Shown: positions 9,008 to 19,536, counted from the stretch's first letter. The stretch: DNA of 64,000 nucleotides from Verrucomicrobiia bacterium (GCA_963664225.1 OY760937.1:2656001-2720000); one strand, 5' to 3'. Program-made: numbers and translations. Notes: generated from the letters alone by a model not told the origin.

Positions 9008-11144
9008 CAGTGTCATCCAATTCATCACCCGGCAGCCGAAATGGCGATTGTTCGCTGCGGCAGTGGTTGTCGGCGTCATCTTTTATGCGACTCTGGGGCG
9101 AAAAACGGCCTCAGCCTCCGGCACCACGTTCGTCGCGCGACGCGGCCCGCTGCAAATCTCCGTGCTTGAAGGTGGCAGCGCCGAGGCCCTCGAATCGCAG
9201 GAAATCCGGTCTCAAATCAAAGGCTACCAGGGAACGAAAATCCTGAGCATCGTCGAGGAGGGCTATCTGGTCAACGAGGACGACATCAAGAATGGCAAAA
9301 TCCTGGTTGAACTCGACAACTCGGATCTCAAGCAGCGCATGACGACCGAGGACATTCAATTCCAATCGACACTCTCGGGTTTGATTGAGGCTCAACAGGC
9401 CTACGACATCCAATTGAACCAGAATCGGAGCGATTTGAAGGCTGCGGAACAGAAGGCCAAATTCGCCCGCATGGCCGTGGCCATGCTTCTGGGCAAGAAT
9501 GTGGCGCAGGAAGTGTGCGACAAGCTCGGACTCCACGAGGTCCCCTTCGACAATGAAGTGGACATGGATAAATTGGAAGCGGTGGCTCTGAGCGGGGCCA
9601 ATAAAGTGGGCGATTCATGGGGGACTGCGAATTCTGGGAACATGGGGGGAGGCAATCCAAATTTCAGTCAGAATACGGATCTTCAACAGGGTGGTCCTGC
9701 GGCCCCGCCGCGGGATGCGACCCAGGTTCAAGCCCCTCGCCAGGGTCGGGAAGCCAATGCTGGCGGAGGACAGCGCCGTCGATCCCAGTCGGACGACTCG
9801 GGCGGCACCAATGCACGGCCCAGACGCGCCAGTCCTGATTCAAGCCCGGCCGTTGTCCCGATGGTGGCTGCAGTCACCAATCCGCCGGTGGTCCTCCCTG
9901 TTCCCCAGATCATCTCGATTGGGGATTCCACCAATGCGCCGGTGGTCGATTTCAGCAAATATGCGAAATCGGAACTGCTTGGAGATGGATCCGCGCAACA
10001 GGACTTGCGCAAGATGGAGAACGATTTCCTGGTGGCCACACAGGCGTTGACCGTGGCGCGCATTCATCTTGAGGGCACACAGAAGCTTCTGACCAAGGAC
10101 TTTGTAACCAAGAACGATCTGGATAACGAATTGCTGACCATTAAACGCAACGAAGTGTCCGTAGCCTCTTCGAGCACCGCCCTCGAACTCTACATCCGCT
10201 ACCAGTTTGTCAAAACGGCTGAGGAAACGGTTTCCGCCTATGACGAGGCATTGCGTTCGCTTGAGCGCGCCCGCAAGGAGGCCATTTCCAAACTGGCCCA
10301 GGCTCGTGCGCGGCTCAAATCCGCCGAGGGACGGTATCGGATCGAGGCGGAGCAACGCGCCGAACTGCAGGAGCAGTTTTCCAACTGCGTCATTCGCGCC
10401 AAACGGCCGGGCTTGGTCGTTTATGGTGGCGGCGGGGACGATCGCCGCTTCAACAGTGAGGAACAAATCCGGGAGGGCGCCACCGTGCGCGAGCGCCAGT
10501 CCATCATAACCATTCCAGACATGTCCCGCATGTCCGTCAAAATCAAGATCCACGAATCCCACATCAAGAAAGTTTCCAAGGGTCTCAAGGCGCGGGTCAC
10601 AGCCGATGCCTTCCCTGACAAGGTGCTCGACGGCGAGGTCATCAAGGTGGGCGTGCTACCCGATTCCGCGAACCGTTGGATGAATCCTGACATGAAGGTT
10701 TACATCACGACCATCGCAGTCAATGGAACCTATGAATGGCTCAAACCGGGAATGAGCGCCAAAGTCGAAATCCTGGTCAAGGAACTGCCGGATGTGATCT
10801 ACGTGCCCATTCAAGCGGTGGTGCCAATCAACGGCAAACAGGTTTGCTTCATTCCCACGGTGGGCGCGCCGGAGCAGCGCGTGGTGCAGGCGGGCGATTT
10901 TAACGACGATTTCGTCGAGATCAAAAGCGGCCTCAAGGAGGGCGAGAAGGTGATGCTCACAGCTCCAGCGGGCATTGAGACGGATATGACGAGTGACGAA
11001 ACCGAGGAAGTGGCTCAAAAGAATCCCGCTGCCAAACCCGATGCGGCGGCCCCCGCTCAGGGCGGCGCCTCCAAACGTCCCGAAGGTGCGGCCCCGCGCG
11101 ATCCGAATCGGCAGGCCGGGGCGCCCAGGAATCCGGGGACATGA
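8994..11144 (+). CDS. Efflux periplasmic adaptor subunit (MacA/HlyD-like), unusually long
   Basis: N-terminal TM, IVEEG...LVELD lipoyl half-motif, long coiled coil, IRAKRPG, LKPGMSAKVEI, GLKEGEKV. Confidence 0.88.
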   Translation: MLKSSSVIQFITRQPKWRLFAAAVVVGVIFYATLGRKTASASGTTFVARRGPLQISVLEGGSAEALESQEIRSQIKGYQGTKILSIVEEGYLVNEDDIKNGKILVELDNSDLKQRMTTEDIQFQSTLSGLIEAQQAYDIQLNQNRSDLKAAEQKAKFARMAVAMLLGKNVAQEVCDKLGLHEVPFDNEVDMDKLEAVALSGANKVGDSWGTANSGNMGGGNPNFSQNTDLQQGGPAAPPRDATQVQAPRQGREANAGGGQRRRSQSDDSGGTNARPRRASPDSSPAVVPMVAAVTNPPVVLPVPQIISIGDSTNAPVVDFSKYAKSELLGDGSAQQDLRKMENDFLVATQALTVARIHLEGTQKLLTKDFVTKNDLDNELLTIKRNEVSVASSSTALELYIRYQFVKTAEETVSAYDEALRSLERARKEAISKLAQARARLKSAEGRYRIEAEQRAELQEQFSNCVIRAKRPGLVVYGGGGDDRRFNSEEQIREGATVRERQSIITIPDMSRMSVKIKIHESHIKKVSKGLKARVTADAFPDKVLDGEVIKVGVLPDSANRWMNPDMKVYITTIAVNGTYEWLKPGMSAKVEILVKELPDVIYVPIQAVVPINGKQVCFIPTVGAPEQRVVQAGDFNDDFVEIKSGLKEGEKVMLTAPAGIETDMTSDETEEVAQKNPAAKPDAAAPAQGGASKRPEGAAPRDPNRQAGAPRNPGT

Positions 11145-11860
11145 GCGCCAAACCCATTGTTCATCTCGATACGGTGCGCAAGACCTACCAGATGGGGGAG
11201 GTCATCGTCGAGGCGTTGCGGGGATTTTCCCTCGAGATTTTCGAGGGCGAATACATCAGCATCATGGGGCCCTCGGGCTGTGGAAAATCCACGCTCCTGA
11301 ACATCCTTGGCTGCCTGGACCGACCCACCTCGGGTCACTATTTTCTGGGGGGCGAGGATGTGTCTCAAATGGAGGATGACCGCCTCTCCAGTGTGCGCGG
11401 GGCCAGGCTGGGATTCATATTTCAATCGTACAACCTGATCCAACAGTTGACCGTGGTGGAGAATATCGAAATTCCCCTCTTCTACCAGGGTCGGCCTGAA
11501 GCGGCCAGTCGCGCACTGGCCACGGAACTGGCCGCGCTTGTGGGGTTGGAATCCCGGCTTTACCACAAGCCCACGGAGCTGTCCGGCGGACAGCAGCAGC
11601 GCGTGGCCATCGCCCGGGCGCTGGTCAACGACCCGCTGGTCATCCTGGCCGACGAACCCACTGGAAATCTCGATTCCACATCCGGGGAGGAAATTCTCGG
11701 CGTGTTCGACGAGTTGCACCAGCAAGGCAAAACCATCATCATGGTCACGCACGACGAGGATATCGCGCATCGCACCGCGCGGAGCATCCGCCTGCGGGAC
11801 GGCCGCATTGAGACGGACACCCACCACAAACGCACGACCGCACCCATCCATGCCAGTTAA
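11141..11860 (+). CDS. ABC transporter ATP-binding protein (MacB/LolD type)
   Basis: GPSGCGKST, LSGGQQQRVAIARAL, ILADEPTGNLD, VTHD. Confidence 0.95.
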   Translation: MSAKPIVHLDTVRKTYQMGEVIVEALRGFSLEIFEGEYISIMGPSGCGKSTLLNILGCLDRPTSGHYFLGGEDVSQMEDDRLSSVRGARLGFIFQSYNLIQQLTVVENIEIPLFYQGRPEAASRALATELAALVGLESRLYHKPTELSGGQQQRVAIARALVNDPLVILADEPTGNLDSTSGEEILGVFDELHQQGKTIIMVTHDEDIAHRTARSIRLRDGRIETDTHHKRTTAPIHAS

Positions 11861-13211
11861 ATTCGAGCACATTAATTTCCAGGCATTGAAAAACGCGCCC
11901 GCCCACACCGAGGGCGCGGGTGTTTCTCTGCGTCGGCTCGACCGCACCATCCGCCTGGGATTAAAGAGTCTGTGGCTGCACCGGTTGCGCTCGCTGCTGA
12001 CGATGCTGGGCATCGTGTTCGGCGTCTGTTCCGTCATCGCCATGCTTGCCATTGGCGAAGGCGCCAGCCATGAGGCTCAGGAGCAGATCAAGAATCTTGG
12101 CAGCCAGAACATCATTCTCCAGAGCATCAAACCGCCCGAGGAACAAAAGGTGGTCTCCGGAAACCAGAGCTTCGCCCTCGATTACGGACTGACCTACCCG
12201 GACATCAAGCGCATCAAGGCCACCATTCCGGGCGTGACCGTCGTGGTGCCCGGCCGCATCATCCGCGAGTATGCGTGGAACATCGGCCGTCGCGCGGACT
12301 GCGAGATCGTCGGCACCGTCCCCTGGTATCCGCAGATGCGCAACCACCGCTTGCGCGCGGGTCGCTTCTTTTCGGATTTGGAAATGGAGGAAGGCTCAAG
12401 CATTTGTGTACTGGGGGCCGAGACCGCGGCGTTGCTCTTCCCCATCACCTCGCCTCTGGGGGAGTCCGTCCGGGTGGGTGGCAATTATTATCGGGTCGTC
12501 GGTGTCATGGAACAGGCCGGCAAGGTTGACAAGAGTTCTGAAGCCGCCAGCGGGGGCGCGCAGGGAAGCTCCGCAAACCGCTTATACATGCCCTTGTCCA
12601 CGGCCAAAACCCGTTTTGGCGAGACCCTCATCAAACGCCGCGCCGGGAGTTTCGAGGCCGAGCGCGTGGAACTTCATGAGGTGACCATCAAGGTGAACGA
12701 CCGCGACCAGGTCATGAACGTGTCCCTTGCCATCAAGGACATCCTGAACCGGAATCATAAAAAACAGGATTACAACATGGTCGTTCCGCTCGAATTGCTC
12801 AAGCGGGCCGAGCGCACAAAACAGATTTTCAATATCGTTCTCGGTTCCATCGCCGCCATTTCGCTGCTGGTCGGCGGCATCGGCATCATGAACATCATGC
12901 TGGCCAGTGTGACCGAACGCACCCGTGAGATCGGCATACGGCGCGCCCTGGGCGCCAAACGCCGGGATATCATCGTTCAATTCCTGGTGGAAACCGTCAT
13001 CCTCTCCGGCTCCGGTGGAATTCTGGGCGTGGCGCTCGGCGTGGCGATTCCCTTTTTGGTCACCCTTTTTGCGGGAATGGTCACCATCGTGACCCTCTGG
13101 TCCCCGATCATCGCCTTCTCCATTTCCGGTCTTGTGGGCATCGTCTTCGGCATCTACCCGGCTTTCCGCGCCGCGAACATGGATCCCGTGGAAGCCCTGC
13201 GCCACGAATAA
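11850..13211 (+). CDS. MacB/FtsX-like ABC transporter permease
   Basis: RSLLTMLGIVFGV, VGGIGIMNIMLASVTERTREIGIRRALGA, DPVEALRHE. ATG 11850 overlaps the end of the ATPase gene. Confidence 0.93.
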   Translation: MPVKFEHINFQALKNAPAHTEGAGVSLRRLDRTIRLGLKSLWLHRLRSLLTMLGIVFGVCSVIAMLAIGEGASHEAQEQIKNLGSQNIILQSIKPPEEQKVVSGNQSFALDYGLTYPDIKRIKATIPGVTVVVPGRIIREYAWNIGRRADCEIVGTVPWYPQMRNHRLRAGRFFSDLEMEEGSSICVLGAETAALLFPITSPLGESVRVGGNYYRVVGVMEQAGKVDKSSEAASGGAQGSSANRLYMPLSTAKTRFGETLIKRRAGSFEAERVELHEVTIKVNDRDQVMNVSLAIKDILNRNHKKQDYNMVVPLELLKRAERTKQIFNIVLGSIAAISLLVGGIGIMNIMLASVTERTREIGIRRALGAKRRDIIVQFLVETVILSGSGGILGVALGVAIPFLVTLFAGMVTIVTLWSPIIAFSISGLVGIVFGIYPAFRAANMDPVEALRHE

Positions 13212-13296
13212 GGCGGCAGAATCCTCCCTCCCCAATCAGGCTGTTGCGCTGCGGATGGAAACATAGTAGATAGTCCGCGCGCAATACCTGCGCTCT

Positions 13297-13920
13297 ATGG
13301 ATACTTTACAAACTGAATTAGCCGAGTTGAAGGGGTTTATTGCGGACCTGAAGGCCGACCGCGTCAACCAGAAGGAAAAGGAAAAGAAGGAGTCGTGGAC
13401 CAAGTTCACCTCCCTCTCGATCGTATTTCTCGCCGTTTTGGCGGCCATTGCCACCCAATGGTCGGGCAAATACGGCAGCCGCGTGCTGGCCTCGCTCAAC
13501 GATTCAACGTTCCAACAGGCCAAGGCCTCCGACCAGTGGAGCTTCTATCAGGCCAAATCCATCAAACAAAATCTCTACGAAATCTCGCGTGAACCCGTGA
13601 CCGCGCAGCCGGAAGCCAATTCCAATTCCTCCGCAGTCAAACGCCAGGAGGACGTGACCGCCAAGATCGCCAAATACGAGGCCGAGAAGAAACAGATCAG
13701 GGAGGAGGCTGAACAATTTGAAAAGCTGCGTGACAAAGCCCGTGAGGATGCCTCTGAAGCCAGCCGACTGGGTTCCGGCATGGGCTCCGCCGTGGCGATG
13801 TTCCAAATCTCCATTGCACTGGGCTCCATCTGTCTGCTCACGAAAAAGAAATCGCTCTGGTATCTTTCCATTGCCGTGGGCGTCATCGGCGCCGTCCGAA
13901 TGGCCCAGGTCTGGATGTGA
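13297..13920 (+). CDS. DUF4337-like membrane protein
   Basis: ASDQWSFYQAKSIK motif between an N-terminal TM and two C-terminal TMs with FQISIALGSI. Confidence 0.75.
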   Translation: MDTLQTELAELKGFIADLKADRVNQKEKEKKESWTKFTSLSIVFLAVLAAIATQWSGKYGSRVLASLNDSTFQQAKASDQWSFYQAKSIKQNLYEISREPVTAQPEANSNSSAVKRQEDVTAKIAKYEAEKKQIREEAEQFEKLRDKAREDASEASRLGSGMGSAVAMFQISIALGSICLLTKKKSLWYLSIAVGVIGAVRMAQVWM

Positions 13921-14022
13921 ATGGGCTGGCGCGGTCTTCAGAACCAAAATGAATTCTTCTGCCGTGGGGAAGGGGTTTTCAATTGAAAACCGATAGTGTG
14001 GGTGTATAAGTGAGTCGTTTAT

Positions 14023-14211
14023 ATGAGCACGAAGCCGACAGAAGCCACTTTTGCCAGCCCCAAGGTTGTCCAGCGTATCACCCTTCGAACTGGCCAGAAA
14101 CCGCAGGCCGTGACAGTGCGCATGGTGGGGCGAAAAGATGTGACCAAGTTGGTGACTGGTATCTTTGAGGCTCAAAAATCGTCTCGTCGGATGGTTATGT
14201 TAATGGACTGA
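14023..14211 (+). CDS. Small basic hypothetical protein
   Basis: 62-aa ATG-started ORF ending 20 nt before the 520-aa gene, in the same AT-richer islet. Confidence 0.5.
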   Translation: MSTKPTEATFASPKVVQRITLRTGQKPQAVTVRMVGRKDVTKLVTGIFEAQKSSRRMVMLMD

Positions 14212-14231
14212 GTGGGAAGCGAATAGGGGTC

Positions 14232-15794
14232 ATGTCCAACCTGACGACAGCATCACAGGTCGAAATCTTTCCATCCGACAGGCCCTTCTCGAACTTCGAT
14301 TTTGTTGACGATCATTTCCAGGGAAGTTTTCCAATTCGTCGTCTGTTTTCACAAGCCCGGTCGCGAGGCTGCAAGACATTGGTGCTTGAGAAAGTGTCTC
14401 CATCTGGAGCTGTAGCCGATGAAAACGCCGAAATCCTCAGTTTGTTTCCAGATTATCGGATGGAAGACTTGCGACGGGTTTCTTTTTGGCGCAGTGCATT
14501 TACACAAGCCGAAGAGATACCAAATCAAACGGACGATTGTTGTGCAGGTTTTGCGATTCTAAAACACGATCGCTGCGCATCGCAGAAAGTCGATGCCTGG
14601 CACGTTTTCGAATCTGTCGTTGTTCGATACGATCACAAGCACAATTATGTTTCATTAACCCAGCCTTTCGAGTTTCGAGCACAGGCGAGCCTGGTAAAGG
14701 TGCAAGGCGTTCTTTACTGCCAACAGAACGGATTAAACAAGGCATGTGCACAGGTGGCCTTGAGGAGTCTTTGCGTGACTTATTTAAACGCCCCTGGTCT
14801 GACCTTTCGCCGGATCAACCAACTGGCATTCAGAGCGGGGGAGCCTTTCACTCCTGGTAATGGACTTAATTCCATTCAGATTTTGCGGGTGCTGGATGCG
14901 TTGAATATTCCGCATTTTGCAATTTACTATTCCGCACGACCCGCGAAAGAGAAATGGAGGGCGAAGCTGCCTTACCAAAAGATCGTTTACAGTGGCATCG
15001 AGTCCGGCTCGGGGGCCTTGCTTGCTTTCTCCATGGCCGGGCCACGTGCAGGCAGCGTGGGTCATATCGTGCCGGTGTTTGGCCATACGTTCAATGAAGA
15101 CACTTGGGCGCCAAATGCCGAAGGCGACTATTTCCGCATAGGACGTAAAATTCGTTACATCCCCAGCGAGGCATGGCTCAGCAGTTTCCTGGCACACGAT
15201 GATAATTTTGGATCGAATCTGTGCATTCCAAAGGATTTCATCCATCGCAAGAGAGCTGAATTTGTGGTGGCACTTCGACCACGAGGATTTGAATATCCCG
15301 GCTTCATTGCGGAGATTGTGGCTTCGGATTTCTTTTACTCAATGCTTCCTCAGTTGAATACGCTGCCGAATCGTTGGATGCGTCGTCTTCGAGACTGTGT
15401 GGCAGACCAGAAATTGATTCTACGCACGATTCCAAGCACCAAGGCTGATTATCTGAAGCACCTGCAAACCATGGAGGATTGGCAGGATCAAAAGGAGTCC
15501 CCTCAAACCGTCACAGACATTGCCTGCATGCTCCCTGAGCGGCTCTGGGTGGTTGAGGTCGGAATTCCAGACGTTTTCTCAACGAACAAGCGAAAGCCTG
15601 GCGAATTACTCCTGGATGCAACACGGTCCTACGACGGCAAGGACATTTATAGCTTTTTCATCCTGGCCAGGCTGCCCGGCGTGTATGCTTTTTTTGAGCG
15701 TTTGGACGGACATAAACACCCGAGATTTATCCCGATAAAAAGCGAAATAGGCAGCCATACTCCGGTGCAGGATATTCGGGCTTCGAATATCTAA
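14232..15794 (+). CDS. Hypothetical protein with a predicted papain-like/C39-like Cys-His-Asp triad
   Basis: YCQQNGLNKAC172AQVAL, GH278IVPVFGH and FLAHD323DNFG in the order expected for papain-fold enzymes; no signal peptide. Confidence 0.6.
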   Translation: MSNLTTASQVEIFPSDRPFSNFDFVDDHFQGSFPIRRLFSQARSRGCKTLVLEKVSPSGAVADENAEILSLFPDYRMEDLRRVSFWRSAFTQAEEIPNQTDDCCAGFAILKHDRCASQKVDAWHVFESVVVRYDHKHNYVSLTQPFEFRAQASLVKVQGVLYCQQNGLNKACAQVALRSLCVTYLNAPGLTFRRINQLAFRAGEPFTPGNGLNSIQILRVLDALNIPHFAIYYSARPAKEKWRAKLPYQKIVYSGIESGSGALLAFSMAGPRAGSVGHIVPVFGHTFNEDTWAPNAEGDYFRIGRKIRYIPSEAWLSSFLAHDDNFGSNLCIPKDFIHRKRAEFVVALRPRGFEYPGFIAEIVASDFFYSMLPQLNTLPNRWMRRLRDCVADQKLILRTIPSTKADYLKHLQTMEDWQDQKESPQTVTDIACMLPERLWVVEVGIPDVFSTNKRKPGELLLDATRSYDGKDIYSFFILARLPGVYAFFERLDGHKHPRFIPIKSEIGSHTPVQDIRASNI

Positions 15795-15887
15795 AATAAT
15801 TCTGAGTCGTTCGATATGGTGTCCTCAAATTCATAAATCAGTTGATTCCAAATTCTTCTCAAACAACTCTTGTCTATTGCTGGCATC

Positions 15888-16823
15888 TCACTTCCCCTTC
15901 AACGTCCTGACGCACTCCGCATATTGATCGGATGCCACGAAGTCGGCGCCGGCGTATCGGGCCGCCATCCAGCGGAGCGTGACCGCCTCAAGGGAGCCAA
16001 AATTGTAAATGGGCAGCCAGCCATGACTCGCGGCGTCCAATTCCACATGGCCGTTGAGCGTGTAGAAACGAATCCAGTAGCCGCGCTCATGTGCGCTTTG
16101 AACCAGCGCCTTCAATCGATCCGCGTCTTCCGCGCTCCAATCGCCCGCGTTGTTTAGTCCCTCAGGCTCGACGTCTTTCCAGGAATAATTCAGCCAGCGA
16201 TGAAAGTTGTCGGCCTTTTGATCCGGGTTTCCAACAGCAAACATCAACAATTTGCTTCCGACGGCGACAGATTCATAAAACGTCTTTCTTTGTTGAACGC
16301 CGTCTGAAGTCAGGATCAGGACTGGCTTTAAATCGAGGGGGGCAGCCTGCGCCATGTCGGCTGTTTTGGGCGCTGTGCAAATCCAGGATTCATATTCCCG
16401 AACCAGGCTCCACAGGGCCGCATAGAACTCCGGTTTGGAGGTCCTCAAATCGTTGATATTCAGAGTCAGCAAAGGCCATTGAGCTGTGTTCTTCTCCCGA
16501 AGCGCCTTCTCGACCAGGGGCCGGACCTTTTCAAAGAAATAATCCCTCAATGTGGGCTCGGTGCCTCTGGCCCTGCCGCCATGACCGACCACCACACGCG
16601 GGGATTCAGGGTTCGTGGTGTCCCAGATCAAATCCATTTCGATCCCCAGCGGCAGACCGCATTCCAGGGCGCGGTCCACCCGGTCCATCCACTTGCCGTC
16701 GTAGGGGTAGCAATTATGCGCATCGAGCAACACGCGCTGGCCAGGCAGATAACTCCCCGTCTGACCCCACACCGCCGACTCGAACATCAGCAATGCTGCA
16801 AGTGCCAGGTTGTAGTAACGCAT
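15888..16823 (-). CDS. Secreted PLC-like/GDPD-fold phosphodiesterase-like protein
   Basis: Signal peptide, DAHNCY and IEMDL motifs, C-terminal AGADFVASDQY. Confidence 0.6.
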   Translation of the reverse strand: MRYYNLALAALLMFESAVWGQTGSYLPGQRVLLDAHNCYPYDGKWMDRVDRALECGLPLGIEMDLIWDTTNPESPRVVVGHGGRARGTEPTLRDYFFEKVRPLVEKALREKNTAQWPLLTLNINDLRTSKPEFYAALWSLVREYESWICTAPKTADMAQAAPLDLKPVLILTSDGVQQRKTFYESVAVGSKLLMFAVGNPDQKADNFHRWLNYSWKDVEPEGLNNAGDWSAEDADRLKALVQSAHERGYWIRFYTLNGHVELDAASHGWLPIYNFGSLEAVTLRWMAARYAGADFVASDQYAECVRTLKGK

Positions 16824-16980
16824 ATTTGCTTTGTTGGAAAAAATTCAACCAGGAAATCCCGGATGAAGTTAACCTGAAACGGCCATTAATCAACAGTCAA
16901 AAATGCGGCGGGCGACGCAACGGGGCGCAGCCCGGATTCGTCGGCCGCAAGTCCGGGAGGATACCGCATTCTGGCCCCGG

Positions 16981-19536
16981 CTATTTTGGCTGTAACGGTG
17001 CCGCAGCTTTGAAGAAATCCGCGTTCAGAGCCTCGGCCCATTGCTGCGCGGCCTTCTTTTCGCCCGACTCGCTGAGGTGGATTCTGTCCACCGTATCTTC
17101 CCTGGCTAATGTGTCATAGTCCGCACCGGGGAAGCAATGGGGGTATTCCTTGATCATGCGTTCCTGCACCCGGCGGATCTGTCCGATGCCATCCGGGGGC
17201 GATTGGCGGTTGACCACCACTGCCAGGTTCGGAAAGCCGGCGTCCTTGCGGGCCTGGTCGATCCAGGCTTTGTAGTTCGCGATGATTTTGGACTCGTCCT
17301 TCTCCGGCCAATCGTTCTGGCCCTGATCGGCGAGAATTGCGCGCAGCCCCGTGACCGCACAATACTCGGTTAGCGCGTGTTTCAGGCGGATGTATGGCAT
17401 TCCAATCGACGAAAACACGAATGGATGGTCGAACTGTTCGCCGCGCGCGGATTTGGCCCAATGCTCCAGACTGGTGCCGCCAAATGCGGCATTCAAAACC
17501 AGCACCGGCACGTTTTGCGACCTGACGACGTTCTCCGCAAACGCGGCCCAGAAGTAGGTGCCGTTTCCGGCAGGGGCGGGATGGACGTTGGAAGCGAAAT
17601 GCGCTCCGACGGCTTCAGGCAGAAAACGTGGGTTGCCTGTGAATTTATATTGCCGCTGGGATTCCATATCGCCCGCCGGGAGCGCGATGGTGCTGACACG
17701 GTCGTCTTCGGCCCCGGGCAGGTTTATTTGCCCGCCGTGCGCGACCGAATGCCCCACGACAACGAAAACTTCGCCGACGCCGACACGTTCCACCGTGGCG
17801 GTGGCCGAATGGGCATCGTCCAGCGTGCGAACCTCCATCGAATACCAGCCTGCGGCCGCCGTCAGGCTGCCCCGATAGCTGAGATCGGGGCGAACGGTAT
17901 CGAGCCTAGTCCACTCGCCGGCCTTGCCTGTGGCCACATCCACAAGACGCGCCTCCACCATCGCACCCGGCCACGCGCACTTTCCGGCCATAGGAATCAA
18001 CGCGTTCCCGGCCTGATTGCGCTGGAAGACAAGCCGGTTCCCGGGCGAGGTAACCGATAGCGTCGTTTTTGCTGCGGCGCCATCCTTTGGCCGCAAACGA
18101 ATCATCGCGATGCCCGGCGCCTTCAGGTTGAGCCGTAGCGTGGCATGTTCGCCGGAGACCGATTCAATTCGCGCCTTCGAAAAATCATTTTCGACGTCGA
18201 TGATGCGGATTTCCGCAGTCACCCCGCCAGTCCAGGCAAAACCTTTCCAGTCCAGGAGGAACTCCGGGCGCGGATCGGAGTAATTACTCACCAGCAGGGT
18301 TGCTTCCCGTCCGTCCCGGCTCAGTCCAGCCGCAAAGGCCAGTTTTCCGGCAACGGCGCCGCGGGTTTCCACACGCAGGGGCGTTTCCATCAGACCCTGG
18401 AAGGCGCGCAAGCCCTGGTAGGCCTTCTGTGGGACGCCCTGCTCGGTGAAGATGCCGAAACCGCCCAATTCGCCATGGTAGAAATTGCAGACATCGATGG
18501 GCGCATCCTCCAGTTCCAAGAGCGAAGCAACGACAAATGCGGCCCCCGGCGCGCCCGCCATTTCCTTATAGCAGTTTTGCCGCGCGATGGGGGTTGCCGC
18601 GCGGTCAAGCGCCGTCCAGGTGTTGCCGGGAAGATAATTCCATTCGTTCAGGTGATTCTCGGTTTCGGTGAAGCCCTTGGAATCAAGGAGCTGCCTTATA
18701 GCCCGCGAGCGTGAGGAAAGTTCTGCGGGGTCGGCGGTGTAGCAGTGCCAGGAGAAGAAATTCAGCGGCACGTTGTCCTTGCGGCACATGTCCAAAAAGT
18801 TCACGGCAAAATCCGTAGGTTGAAATTCACCTTTGACAAAACTGCCGCTGGCGCCGAGAGCCGGTCCGCCGATCTTCAAGGCGGGGAATTGTTTCTTAAT
18901 GGCCAGTGCGGCGGTTCGATAGAGCCGCAGGTAATCGTCGTCGTTTCCGCTCCACATTGTGGGACGGTTCTCGGGTTCGTTCCAAATTTCCCAATAACGG
19001 ATGTTGTGATGAAATCCATTGGCCCAGCCTTCATTGTAATGGCGGATGATGCCGATGCAGACGGTAGCCCACTTCTCCATATCGGCGGGCGGATGGACAT
19101 GCCGCTTCACGGTCGTATGTTCAATGCTTTCGCCCAGGCGGTAGATCGGTTCCGCGCCAGTCTTGCGCACCGCGTCGATGTATTCGTCGGTCAGCCGGAA
19201 ATCGTAGCTCTCCGGCAGCGTGGGATCGGCATTCGGGTTGGGGAACACCGCATGGTGATCCACGACATACGGATTGGGCCAGCCACAATCGTGCAGGCGC
19301 GTGAATGGTATGCCCAGCTCCTTTTGCTCCTTGATTACATCGAAAATCCCACCCGGCGCCAGCGGCCCCTTGTTGATGCCGTGGAGCGGACGGATGGTTC
19401 CCGTGTGGACGGAGAAGTCGGCCTTCAAAACGGCTTCGTCAGCCTGGAGTGGAGCCGACATCAGCAGGAGGGCGATCAGCCCCAGAGCACGGCGCAGGGA
19501 TCGGGACGAAATCAAACAGGTTTTGTCATTATTCAT
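16981..19536 (-). CDS. GH39-like glycoside hydrolase fused to a sialate O-acetylesterase-like (SGNH) domain
   Basis: N-half: TRLHD, YWEIWNEP, FFSWH, HLNEWN. C-half: VGVGEVFVVVGHS, AFGGTSLEHW, DQGQND, DRIH. Confidence 0.8.
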   Translation of the reverse strand: MNNDKTCLISSRSLRRALGLIALLLMSAPLQADEAVLKADFSVHTGTIRPLHGINKGPLAPGGIFDVIKEQKELGIPFTRLHDCGWPNPYVVDHHAVFPNPNADPTLPESYDFRLTDEYIDAVRKTGAEPIYRLGESIEHTTVKRHVHPPADMEKWATVCIGIIRHYNEGWANGFHHNIRYWEIWNEPENRPTMWSGNDDDYLRLYRTAALAIKKQFPALKIGGPALGASGSFVKGEFQPTDFAVNFLDMCRKDNVPLNFFSWHCYTADPAELSSRSRAIRQLLDSKGFTETENHLNEWNYLPGNTWTALDRAATPIARQNCYKEMAGAPGAAFVVASLLELEDAPIDVCNFYHGELGGFGIFTEQGVPQKAYQGLRAFQGLMETPLRVETRGAVAGKLAFAAGLSRDGREATLLVSNYSDPRPEFLLDWKGFAWTGGVTAEIRIIDVENDFSKARIESVSGEHATLRLNLKAPGIAMIRLRPKDGAAAKTTLSVTSPGNRLVFQRNQAGNALIPMAGKCAWPGAMVEARLVDVATGKAGEWTRLDTVRPDLSYRGSLTAAAGWYSMEVRTLDDAHSATATVERVGVGEVFVVVGHSVAHGGQINLPGAEDDRVSTIALPAGDMESQRQYKFTGNPRFLPEAVGAHFASNVHPAPAGNGTYFWAAFAENVVRSQNVPVLVLNAAFGGTSLEHWAKSARGEQFDHPFVFSSIGMPYIRLKHALTEYCAVTGLRAILADQGQNDWPEKDESKIIANYKAWIDQARKDAGFPNLAVVVNRQSPPDGIGQIRRVQERMIKEYPHCFPGADYDTLAREDTVDRIHLSESGEKKAAQQWAEALNADFFKAAAPLQPK

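Noticed and set aside
11538..11849. N-terminal extensions given by the ORF track (also 37728-38735, 41802-44315, 46819-48222)
   Set aside because: They overlap upstream genes; downstream ATGs give proper signal peptides or coupled starts.
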